DNA of 63,879 bases, the filler included, from Reclinomonas americana ATCC 50394 (Eukaryota), in NCBI GenBank assembly GCA_048213135.1. It is 14 parts of 14 records of this genome, joined end to end, with 100 filler letters (N's around TTAATTAATTAA, not from the genome) between each part and the next. Parts side by side here need not be neighbours in the genome. Positions count along the whole stretch, not along the records: positions 1 to 9,960 come from AFZH01018760.1; positions 10,061 to 12,912 come from AFZH01018764.1; 12 more parts are not named here. One strand, 5' to 3'. The notes beneath the pieces were generated by a model. That model made no database searches. It worked only from the letters and a program-made list of their open reading frames with translations, and was not told the origin of the DNA. Position numbers and translations under genes: made by a program. Positions 1 to 10,998 of the stretch are shown here, in pieces (within the stretch, counting starts at the first letter, position 1; every line of letters starts with the position of its first letter).

Positions 1-433
1 TCTCTGTGTGTACACACTCTCTGAGTGCAACTCCTCACCAAATGAACGCAAGCGCGGGAAATGTGACCGCGAAAAACACTAAGTCTTTTATTGATCAGGT
101 GCAGGCTGTCAAGCTGCCGGGTTTGGAACCCGGCCGCCGGGTTTCAGCAGGTCAAGGTTGTCCAGGACCCTTGTCGTTGACTTCCAACGGCGACAATGTG
201 AAGAAAGAAACAGAGAACGAGCACTACTTCAGAGTCACCAGCAAACTCCACACTCATCTCTCGTCTAAGCAAAGCACGACGTCGCTGCATTGCGGGACAG
301 ACATACTGTCCGTCAACATTGATTGCGTCAGAAGAGGGCAGTGTGTGGTGCTTCTGAGCAAGTGAGTGTGTGAGTGAGGGAGAGCTGGTGTGAGTTGCTG
401 TTGCCTCCTCTGCAATCAACACGATCAAGAGAA

Positions 434-2041
434 ATGAGGTTTGTGTTGAAACTGCTCCGTCCCACTCTCTCTGTTTACTAACTCTCACACAGTGGCCACC
501 GACAACCAGCCTTCGAACTCGCGACAAACGGCAGTGTAAAAGCACTGCGCCGACTGGTGGCGCGTGAGGGCGCACACACTCTCCTGCGGAAAGAGGAGAT
601 GACTGACAATAGCAGCTCGGCCTTCCATCGTGCCGCCGCCTACAGACAACCGCGTGTGCTGGAGTATCTGTGGGAGGAGAGTGGAGTCGGACCAGAACTC
701 GCCCAATTGGTCAACGACCACGGCTTGACGCCACTGATGGCGGCTGCTGACAAGGGCCACTACGATGTGGTCGAGTGGTTGCTGGAGGACGAGGAGAGAT
801 GCCCAGCAGAGTCGGTGATGGCGGTGACCAATGACCGTGATCCCGATCCGCAGTCCACTGCGCTGCATTTGGCTGCCTCGCACGGCTACGACGACATTGC
901 GCGGCTTCTTGCCACTGAGTTTCCCGAGCTCATTCCGCTCTGCAACAAGTCGGGCCGCACGGCGGCTCAGTGGGCACGCGACATTGGGAATCACGACTTG
1001 GCCAACAATCTCGATTGTTTGGCTGCAGAGACGCTGCGTGCGCTGCAGGAGCAGCAGCAAACTCCTCCGCCTGCAGGTAACTTTTTGCGGTCTCGTGCAT
1101 TATTGACTGCTGATTCGCGCTCACGATCATTGCCGCAGCACCGGTGCGACCGCTGCCTCTTGTTTTGTCGCATCTGCGTATTAACTCACGTTGCGTTGCT
1201 GTGCAGGTCGACGACTACGCCATGGCTCGTCAGGTCGCGCAACTGCAGCGCGATCTCGCCGCCGCGCAAGAGGAGCGAGAGCAAAAACAGCAGGAGTGGG
1301 ACCGACAGCGACGGGAGCTCGAAGACGTCGTCACGCAGACGCAGAGAACGAGCGCGGAGCTGCAGCAAGGCAACAGCCAGCTGCTGCGAGGCATCGCGGA
1401 CGGACAGCAGCTGATTGCGCATCTGCAGCGAGCGCATGCCAGCGAGCAGCAGACGAATGTGCAGTTGCGGAGCGCCAACTTGGAGTTGCAGCGGGCGCAT
1501 GCCGGCGCGCAACAAAAGGATGCCGAACTGCGACAAGCACGACAGCAAGTCGACCAGTGGCAGCGAACGTTTGCCGAATGCCAGCGGCGAGTGGATCACT
1601 TGGAGCGTGCCAGCGCGGAACAGCAGCAGGCCCACGCGCAGCTGCAGGCGGAGCGAGATCGAATCGCCTCGGAACTGACTGTGGCGTTGCGTGAGAAGGA
1701 CGTGCTCGCCGCTCAGCTGCGAGACAAGGAGCAGATTGTTGCGCAGCTGCGACAGGAGCTCCTTCTCAGCCAAGGTCTGGCTGATGCCCTCTGTCTTTTC
1801 TTTATGCTCATTCATGTCTCACCTGTTCTTTTGCATTCCACAGTCCACACTACCGTGCAGCGCTTCGAGTGGGCGGAGATTGTGCACGCCACCAACTCCT
1901 TCTCGCCGCGCCTCAAGGTCGGCGAGGGTGGTCAGGGTGCCGTTTTCATCACTCTGCTTCGCCAAATGCACGTGGCCATCAAGGTGCTCGATCCCGAGGC
2001 ACCGTGGACGATGGAGTCGTTTGAGAGTGAGGTCTGTATTA

Positions 2042-2087
<46 letters not shown>

Positions 2088-3961
2088 CTCCACGTTGTTA
2101 TTTTCCATGTCCCAGGTCGCCGCCCTCGGTCGTCTGCGCGATCGTCGCATTGTGCCTCTTGTCGGGTACTCGGTTGGCGACGACAAGGCACGCTGTTTGG
2201 TGTACAAGGCTCTGCAGTGCGTTGTTAGGGCCGTCTCTCTCTCTCTCTTTGTCGCTCCACCGTTGTCTCATTGTGAGAACCCACAGAGTTCCCAACCTGG
2301 AGAATATGCTTCTGCTGCCACGCGCCGGTCGTGCGCCGCTCACGGTCGTGCAGCGTGTGCAGATTGGTCTCGGACTGGCCGAGGCTGTGGCGTTCTTGCA
2401 CGAGGTTTGTGCGGTGTGGAGGGCTCGCATTCTCCTTCTGAGTTTCTGTTTCTCTCTTTCCTCTCCCCACCCCATTGAATGGGCGCTGTGTGTGTATATC
2501 GCGTTTAGGATGTGGATGATTTCGCACTTATCGTCGCAAACGCTTCTTGCCTTCGCACACTGCTTCTCCTCCTTGACAGTGAGTTTTGCGAGGTTTCTCT
2601 CCTCTTGCTGCTCACTCGCTGAGCATTCTCGTGAGCTCTTCACTTTTCCTTTCACTCCCTCGATGCAATCCTTGCTTCCTCTCCCGATCTCGTATGTGTC
2701 TGCCCTGTTTCACGTACGTATACGTAGTGTTATTACATCGGTTGTAGCGCGCTTTTTTCTTTCGCACTCACGTTCTCTTTCTCAAGAGAGAGAGAGCTTC
2801 TCTTTTCTAAAAAGTCCTCGGAGATCATTTCTGCGCTACTTGATAACTCGTTACTCTCATCTTCACTCTCCTCGCCTTCCTTTCTCCCCGCTGTTTGTCT
2901 CTTTTCTCTTTCATTCCCCGCCAGTATTGTCTCACTCCATTCTTCTCACTCTCCTCGCCTTCCTTACTCTCGTGTACGCGCTGTTTGCTCTCCTTTTCTT
3001 TCACTTTCCGCCAGTGTTGTCTCGCTTCATTCCTCTCACTCTCCTCGCCTTCCTTACTCCCCGCTGTTTGCTCTCTTTTCTCTTTCGTTCCCCGCTAGTA
3101 CTGACTCACTCCCTTCCTCTCACTCTCCTCGCCCTCCTTACTCCCCGCTGTTTGCTCTCTTTTCTCTTTCATTCTCCGCCAGTATTGTCTCGCTCCAGTC
3201 TTCTCACTCTCTTCGCCTTCCTTTCTCCCCGTCTACGCTGTTTGCTCTCTTTTCTCTTTCATTCCCCGCCAGTGTTGTTTCACCCCCTTCTTCTCATCTC
3301 CTCGCCTTCCTTGCTCCCCGTTTACGTACTTCTGTGCCACTCACGATTCTCTCTGCATTGCCACCCAAACTCTATTTTCTCTTTCTCTCTCTCTTCCTTC
3401 CCCTTCCCTCACTCTCCTCCCTCCTCGCAGAACAATGTCATCCACCGCGACATCAAGCCCTCGAACGTGCTTCTCGATCACCGCCTGGAGCCGTGCCTCG
3501 GTGACTTTGGCATGGCGCGGTCGATTGTAGGCGGCACGGTGTGCTTAAAGCCATTTGCCTCTTTCTCTCTCTTGGCCTCTTGATCGCCTCTTCTTATTGC
3601 CTCTCGCCTCTCGCAGACGACGATCGCCGCCGGCACGCTGGACTACATGGACCCGCTGGCATTGCGTGCGCGCCGTCCACTGCCCAAGCACGACGTCTAC
3701 AGCATGGGAATGGTGCTGGTGCAGCTCGTCACTGGCAAACCGGTGGCCTCGGTGGGCGAGTGGTCCGAGGAGTGGCACGAGTCGCCAGAGTCGCTGCGTG
3801 TAATGGAGCTGGTGGATGTCGGGGAGGGCGTGGAGTGGACGCCGCGCGTTGCGGAGCCGATGTTTGCGCTCGGCATGCGGTGCATGAGTTTGCAGGCGAA
3901 TCGACCGACGGCGCAGGAGGTGCTCGAGGTGATGCGCGGTGTGCGGGAGGTGTGTGGGTAG
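434..3961 (+). CDS. Ankyrin-repeat / coiled-coil / RLK-Pelle(IRAK)-type Ser/Thr kinase, paralogue 1 (multi-exon)
   Basis: ATGAG|gt at 434-438, acceptor at 492. ANK motifs TPLMAAADKGH and TALHLAASHG. Gln/Glu-rich heptad region 1207-1773. Kinase motifs FEWAEIVHATNSFS-KVGEGGQGAV, VAIK, FESEV, HRDIKPSNVLLD, GDFG, GTLDYMDP, DVYSMG, RPTAQEV. Stop TAG at 3959-3961. GT-AG introns join the exons in frame, including a 5-nt micro-exon at 1139-1143. Confidence 0.9.
2886..3320. repeat. Intronic minisatellite, about 5 degenerate copies of a ~83-90 bp pyrimidine-rich unit
   Basis: Recurring unit cgctgtttgctctcttttctctttcattccccgccagtattgtctc...ctcactctcctcgccttcctt inside the long kinase intron of paralogue 1. 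The matching intron of paralogue 2 is short and lacks it. Confidence 0.85.
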
Positions 3962-4418
3962 ATTGTAAAGAAAGGAGTGATGTATTAGTCGCGATGGAGA
4001 AGTCGAGGTAGCAGGAGCTGCGGCTCGGCAAAGACAATGTGCATTCGATGGTGGATCGTGGCGTTGTCTGCATGTCGCCAGAACCAGTGACGAGAGCGGG
4101 AGCCAGGTGAATTTCACCATGCCTTCGATCTCAAACGTCGACTTTGTGCCCGACGTGTGATGGAGGGTGTGATAGAGAAGGAACTCGACTCCAGAGTCTC
4201 CTGCAAACTCACGTCTCAACAATGCATAACTTCGACGTTGCTTCGTCATCTGATCGACAACAATGAAGGACACGGAATAATCCGACATCGATCTGACAAC
4301 GAGCTCTCAAAACCGTCTTCAAAGAGAACGCTGTTGTATTCGTGTGTGTGTGTGAGAGAGAGAGAGTGCGAGTGCGGTCTGAAGTGTATCTGTTTCCGCA
4401 AGTGTTGGAGTTAACAAG

Positions 4419-5639
4419 ATGAGGTCTGCGCTGTGTGCACTGCGCTTTGTCGAAATGCGTTCTCTCACTCGCTCTCACTCTTTGCGCAGTGCTCGTTGGA
4501 AAAAAGCATGGGTGATAGGCCTGGATGGTGATGTGCAGGCACTGTATGAATTGGTTACGCGTGAGGGTGTAAGCATTCTGCTTACGAGAGAGGAGATGAC
4601 TGACCGTGGCAGCTCGGTGTTTCTCACTGCCGCTCTCAAAGGTCATATCTCGGTGTTGGAGTACTTGTGGGAGGAGAGTGGCGTGGGGCCACAACTCGCA
4701 CAAATGGTCAATGACTTTGATTGGACACCACTCGCGGCAGCTGCCTTCGGAGGGCAATTGCCAGTGGTGGAGTGGCTGCTGGCCGATGAGCGACGATGTC
4801 CGCCAGAGATGGTGCGGGCGGTCACCAATGATCGTGACGACTACCCACAGTTCACCGCTCTGCATTATGCTGCCGTAAATGACCGCGAAGCCATTGCGCG
4901 ACTTCTTGCCACTCGCTTTCCCGACCTCATCACCGTGGTCAATAAGGAGGGCATGACGGCGGGCCAGTGGGCACGCGAGTATGACAAGCAGCACGTGGCT
5001 GAGTTGCTCGATTGCATCGCTGCGCAGCCACCACCACGCCCACCACAACAACAGCGGTCTCCTCCACCTGCAGGTAACTCATTGTCGTGTTCGTTGGTTG
5101 ATTCGTGCTCTCATCTTCGTGCTGTTCTCTGTTTGTCTTGCCTGGGAAACTCGCAACTCCAGCCCGGCAGGTGAGATCCTCTGCTCATCTTTCTCGACCT
5201 TGGGTGTTGGTCTTCGTCTTCTCACTAGTTTCGTTGGCGATTGAGCAGGTTGACGACGATGCCGTGGTTCGTCAAAACGCACAACTCCAGCGCGATCTCT
5301 CAGCAGCACAGCAGGAGCGAGAGCATCAGCAGCGAGAGTGGGACCGTCAACGACAAGAACACGAGGACATCGTGGCACAACTGCAGGAAACCAACGCTGA
5401 ATTGGAGCGAGTACATGCAAGCGAGCAACTCCTTGTTGCACATCTTCGGCAAGCGCTTGCTGACAGTGAACAGCGAGTGGATCAATGGAAGCAAACCCAC
5501 GGCCAGCTACAGGCTGAGCGAGATCAAATGACTTATCAGCTGACTGTGGCTTTGCGTGACAAGGACGAACTCACCTTGCGGCTTGCAGAAAAGGATCAAC
5601 TTATCTCCCAGCTTCGACAGGGTCGACTTCTCGCACAAG

Positions 5640-5710
<71 letters not shown>

Positions 5711-7074
5711 TGGGTGTGGGTGTGGGTGCTCACTAGCGGTTGTACTCTACGTGTGTGTCTGTCCGACTTACCTTCACTCTCTCGCATCGTGAACAACGCA
5801 CCAGCCGACACCGCGATACAGTGCTTCGAGTGGCCGGAGATCGTGCAAGCCACCGACTCCTTCTCCCCACGCCTCAAGGTCGGCGAGGGCGGCCAAGGTG
5901 CCGTCTTCATCACTCTGCTTCGCGAGATGCACGTGGCCATCAAGGTGCTCGACCCCAATGCACCGTGGACGATGGAGTCGTTTGAGAGTGAGGTCTGTTG
6001 TACTGTCACTCTCTCTCTTATTTTCTCCTCATGCTTCTTCTCTCTTCTCGCAGGTCGCCACCCTCGGTCGTCTGCGCAATCGTCGCATTGTGCCTCTTGT
6101 CGGCTACTCGGTGGGCGACGACAGGGCACGCTGTCTCGTGTACAAGGCCCTGCAGTGCGTTCTTGTCTTTCTCTCTCCTTTCTTTCTCCATTGTCATCTC
6201 ACTGTTGTATCACACAGAGTTCCCAACCTGGAAGACATGTTGCTGCTGCCACGTGCCGGTCGTGCACCACTCACGGTCGTGCAGCGTGTGCAGATTGGTC
6301 TCGGACTGGCCGAGGCTGTGGCGTTTTTGCACAAAGTTTGTGTGATGTGAACAGTCTCATGATTGTTCTTTGCTTCTGCACAAGTTAGTTTTCTCTCCGT
6401 CGCATGCTGTTCTTGTCTCTCCCCGTCTCTCGTGTTACCCTCTCCCTAAATCCCTCTTGCACCTCTTACAATCCATGAGCGATTCCCAACACGACTCAGG
6501 GGCAGCGCTTCTTCACTGATTCTCTTTCTTTCACCGCCTTACCTCGCAGAACAACGTGGTGCACCGCGACATCAAGCCCTCGAATGTGCTTCTCGATCAC
6601 CGACTGGAGCCTTGTCTTGGTGACTTTGGTATTGCGCGGTCGATTGTTGGTGGCAAGGTGTGTTGGTATCAATGCGTCTCTCTCCCGATCACATCCTCTT
6701 ACCCTCTCGCCTCGCAGACAACTGTTGCTGCCGGCACGCCCGACTACATGGACCCACTGGCGATGCGTGCACGCCGTCCACTGCCCAAGCACGACGTGTA
6801 CAGCATGGGTGTGGTGCTGGTGCAGCTCGTGACTGGCAAACCGGTGGCCACGGTGGGCGAGTGGTCCGAGGAGTGGCACGAGTCGCCAGAGTCGCTGCAT
6901 GTGATGGAGCTGGCGGACTCCAGTGTGGAGTGGACGCCGCGCGTTGCGGAGCCGATGTTCGAACTCGGCATGCGATGCATGAGCATGCTGCCGAATCGAC
7001 CGACGGCGCAGGAGGTGCTCGACAGGATGCGGGTCATTCGCGAGGCGTGTGGGCAGTTTACGTTGGAGTTGTGA
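4419..7074 (+). CDS. Ankyrin-repeat / coiled-coil / RLK-Pelle-type kinase, paralogue 2 (multi-exon)
   Basis: Same exon layout as paralogue 1: ATGAG|gt at 4419, ANK exon to 5073, 8-nt micro-exon 5163-5170, coiled coil from 5249. Kinase HRDIKPSNVLLD, GDFG, GTPDYMDP. Stop at 7072-7074. Confidence 0.9.
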
Positions 7075-7727
7075 AGAAGGCATGATCTCCGTGGTTGTTC
7101 TGAGAAATCGACACTTCTCGCCGGCGGCAATAATCGTGTGCTGGCACATACATAATCTCGGTGTCTGCATTTCGCCGGTTCCATAGTCAACCTGTGCGGG
7201 AGAGTAGGAGCTGCATTTTGTGAGCGATGAATCTCAGCTTCAGAGTCCCTTCCACGACGGTCGTTGCAGACCACGACGTCGCGTTCAGCATGCCTCTCAT
7301 ATGGGTCCAAAACTGAGGGGCACTCGGAATAATAAGACTGAGTCTCCGAAGCAAGTTAGAGACTGCTCTGCTCGTGAGTCTTGCACCACAATGCATGCAG
7401 TGCACAGAAAACACGACGTCGACGTCAACGACGCCGTGTCTGTCTCGACAAGTATGCACGACACTGAAACCCACACCAGTGAGTGAGTCTCTGCTCAACA
7501 GTGAGTGAAACAGAACTAAGGACCTATCCCCGCTGTCAACAGTGCGGCATCAGCACGACGTCTGGTCGTCTCTGACAAGATTGCAGGACACAAAAGACAC
7601 GACAAAACTTGTCGGCGCAGAGAAGACAGCGTGGAGTGCGTGTGTGCGTGTGTGCGTGTGTGCGTGTGTGTGCGTGCGTGTGTGTGTGAGAGAGAGAGAG
7701 AGGCAGTGACAAGCGCCCACCCAAGAA

Positions 7728-9801
7728 ATGAGCTCGAGGTCTGTCTTTTCCCCGTTGTCAGAATACCTTCATCTCCCTTCCCCCTCATCCCTTCCCCCTC
7801 ATCCCTCATCCCTCCCTCCCTTCCCCCCTTTCCCTCTTCAGAAAAAAAGCCCACGAACTCGCCGCCGCCGGCAACCTCAAATCCCTCCGCAAGCTCGTCA
7901 CCCGCAAAGGCGCCCACACCCTCCTCCAACGCGACGAGATGAGCAGCGGAGGCGGCTCGGCCTTTGACTGGGCCGCCCAGCACGGCCACCTCCCCGTACT
8001 CGAGTACCTCTGGGAGGAGAGCGGCGTCGGCCCGCAACTCGCCCGCCTCGTCAACGACCTGGGATGGACGCCATTGATGGAGGCCGCCTACAATGACCAC
8101 CTGCCAGTGGTCGATTGGCTGCTGGCCGATGCGCGACGGTGTCCGCTGGAAATGGTGCTGGCCGTGACCAATGAGCGCTCGTTTGATCCGCAATCGACGG
8201 CGTTGCATGTGGCCGCTGTGAAGGGACATGAGGCGGTGGTGCGGCTGCTGGCCACGAGGTTCCCCGAGTTGATGTCGATGATGGATGCCAAGGGGAAGAC
8301 GGCGGCGCAGAGGGCGCGCACGAATAGTAAAGTGCACGTGGCCGAGTTGCTGGAGCGGCTGGCTCAGCCACCACCGCCACGTGACCAGGAAGGTGAAGGT
8401 GCGGTGTTGTTGTCTGATGCTATTCTTGTTTTCCGCTGCTCACTTTTTTCCCTTGGATTTGCAGGGGCGACACGGCAGGTGAGAGTCCTTCTCCTCCTTG
8501 CTCTTCACGTTCGCAGACTCTCCTTCGTGTCTTGTTCTTTGCCTGCTCTTTTCGGAGATTTTTATCGTGTCTCTTCGTTTTCTCCTCCCTCCCTCCTCCT
8601 TCTCCTCCATCTCCTCCTTCTCCTCCTTCTCCTCCTCCTCCTCCTCCTCCTCCTCCTCCTTCTCCTCCTCCTCCTCCTTCCCCCTCTCACTTCCCTTCGC
8701 AGCCCCCACCTGACGACTCGCATCTCGCACTCATCGCCGACCTCCAACGCGACCTGGCCGCCGCGCAGCAAGAGCGCGCCCAACAGCAGCTGGAGTGGGA
8801 CCGACAGCGACGAGAGCACGAGGACACCATGGCGCAGCTGCAACAGGCCATGGCCGACCTGCAGCACGGCAACGCGGCGGGGCAGCAGCAAGTCGCGCAC
8901 CTGCAGCGTGCGCTGGCCTACGAGCAGCAGAAGAACGCCCAGTTGCAGCGCACCAACTCGGAGCTGCAGCAGGCGCACGCCGGCGAGCTGCAGAGGGATG
9001 CCCAGCTGCATCTAGCGCAGCAGCAAGTCGCTCAACTGCAGCGTACGGTCGCCGAAAGCCAGCAGCGAGCGGATCAATGGCAGCGAGCCAGCGCGGAGAA
9101 GCAGGCTGAACGAGATCGAATCGCCGCGCAGCTGACAGTGGCGTTGCGCGACAAGGACGAGCTCGCCGCGCAGAATCGGGAGAAGGAACATGTTGTCGCG
9201 CAGCTGCGACAGGAACTCCTCCTCGCGCGAGGTCTGCCTCTCGCTGTTCATCTTTTGCATCGCCTTATTCTCACTTCGCTGCAGTTCACATCTCGGTGCA
9301 GCGCTTCGAGTGGGCGGATATTGAGCAGGCCACCAACTCATTCGCGGATGACCTGAAGGTCGGTGAGGGCGGTCAAGGCGCCGTTTACATCTGCGATCTC
9401 CAGGAAGCCCATGTGGCCATCAAGGTGCTTGATCCCGAGGCCCCGTGGACGATGGAGTCGTTTGAGAGTGAGGTCTGCCTCGTCCTTTTCTGCTTCTTCT
9501 CTCTTTCTGCTCATCTGTCTCGCAGGTTGCCACTCTCGGGCGCCTGCGTGACCGTCGAATTGTTCCTCTCGTTGGCTACTCGGTGGGCGACGACAGGGCA
9601 CGGTGTCTCGTTTACAAGGCCCTGCAGTGCGTTGTTCATCGCTCTCTCAGTCTCCATCATTGCCTCACTTAAAAAGCACGCAGAGTTCCCAACCTGGAAG
9701 ATCTATTGCTGCTTCCAGGCGTCGGTCGTGTGCCACTCTCTGTCGTGCAGCGTGTGCAGATTGGTCTCGGATTGGCGGAGGCTGTGGCGTTCTTGCACAA
9801 G
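7728..9801 (+). CDS. Ankyrin-repeat / coiled-coil / RLK-Pelle-type kinase, paralogue 3 (3' part lost in the gap)
   Basis: ATGAGCTCGAG|gt at 7728, ANK exon from 7842, 14-nt micro-exon 8465-8478, coiled coil from 8703. Kinase N-lobe FEWADIEQATNSFADDLKVGEGGQGAVY and VAIK through AVAFLHK. The HRD/DFG exons are not present before the gap at 9961. Confidence 0.85.
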
Positions 9802-9830
9802 GTTCGCACCACCATCTAGTCAGGGACCTT

Positions 9831-9870
<40 letters not shown>

Positions 9871-9874
<4 letters not shown>

Positions 9875-9960
9875 CGTACGTACGTACGTACGTACGTACG
9901 TACGTACGTACGTAACGTACGTACGTACGTACGTACGTACGTACCGTTACGTACCTACGT
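9871..9960. repeat. (TACG)n run at the contig end, possibly a sequencing artefact
   Basis: About 20 TACG units directly after a (CT)n tract and directly before a gap. Confidence 0.7.
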
Positions 9961-10060
9961 NNNNNNNNNNNNNNNNNNNNNNNNNNNNNNNNNNNNNNNN
10001 NNNNTTAATTAATTAANNNNNNNNNNNNNNNNNNNNNNNNNNNNNNNNNNNNNNNNNNNN
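9961..10060. other. Artificial scaffold gap with six-frame-stop linker (1 of 13)
   Basis: Identical 44N-TTAATTAATTAA-44N spacers at 9961, 12913, 20388, 22393, 25139, 31587, 32920, 35837, 38904, 48213, 55246, 59379 and 62111. Confidence 0.98.
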
Positions 10061-10107
10061 CTCCTCCTCCCCTCCCTCCCCTCCCTCTCATATCTACCTC
10101 CACGCAG

Positions 10108-10582
10108 GTTGTATTCTCCACGGCATACACTGCGATTTTCATCATATCACCAAAGGTGAGTTCTTTTGTTGCCCGTCGACTGCTTGTCGTTGATGAACTC
10201 ATCACGTGCTATCTCATCAGACGGCCGATCGAGTCGTCGGCTACCTGGAGGAGGAGGCCATTCACAGCTACACCGAGTTTCTGAAGGACATTGAGGAGGG
10301 CATCATTGAGAATGTTCCGGCGCCCGAGATTGCCATTGTTGCGTCGCGTCGCGTCGTGCAGTTGGCCCCCCCTCCCCAACTCACACGTGTTTTTTGATGC
10401 AGGCCTACTGGCGCTTGCCAGCGAATGCCACGCTGAAGGACGTGGTGATTGCCGTGCGCAGCGACGAGGCCGGTCACCGTGACGTGAATCACTTGCGGGC
10501 CAATTATCTGGAGGCCGGCAAGGTCGACGAGGCTGCGCCGCTCGGCCCGCACCCCCAAGTGCCGCCGGAGAAGATTTTGTAG
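10108..10582 (+). CDS. AOX: Alternative oxidase, last three exons (5' part missing)
   Basis: Exons 10108-10155, 10221-10337 and 10403-10582 give ...[30 protein letters not shown]...[36 protein letters not shown], which contains the AOX di-iron motifs LEEEA and DExxHRDVNH. Confidence 0.93.
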
Positions 10583-10998
10583 GCCGTTGCAGCAGCTGAT
10601 GGTCATGCTCTCTCGTTTGCCCTCCTAATTCACTGTCGTTGCAAAAGTGGAGAGTGAATCCTGAATAGACTATTAAGGTGACAAGAGTCTCTCTTTCTTT
10701 GGAAGAAGGCCAATGTCTTCCCCTTCTCCTCCGCCTTCCCGCTTAGCCCTTCTCCACTTGTCCTTCTCCGTTCCTCTTCTCCCATCTGCCCCTTCCTCCT
10801 TCTCTATCCCCCTTTCCCTTCCCTATTCTTTCCCCTTACCCTTCCTATTCTCCTTCCCCTTCCCCTTCTTCCTTCTCCCATTCTCCCCCTGCTCCCCCTT
10901 CCCCTTCTCCTTCCCCGCTTCTCCGCCTTCCCCTTCCCCCACTTGTCCCATGTCCGTGTTCAGAAATTTTTTTCGAACGCACTTTCCACAAGCGAAAG

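Noticed and set aside
105..185. GCCGGGTTTGGAACCCGGC hairpin resembling a tRNA T-arm on the minus strand
   Set aside because: The loop is not TTCRANY-like and no acceptor, D or anticodon arms could be folded. It is only a short inverted/direct repeat of GCCGGGTT.
1691..3583. 630-aa ORF and other long Leu/Ser/Phe-rich ORFs (e.g. 13732-15459, 45842-46330)
   Set aside because: These are read-through of pyrimidine-rich introns and microsatellites that lack stop codons. The real coding exons are identified by splice sites and protein motifs.
9871..9960. (TACG)n self-complementary repeat as a Z-DNA or hairpin element
   Set aside because: TACG is the 454 pyrosequencing flow order, and the run follows a (CT)n tract at a contig end, so it is most likely a read-end artefact. 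Only raw reads could rescue it.
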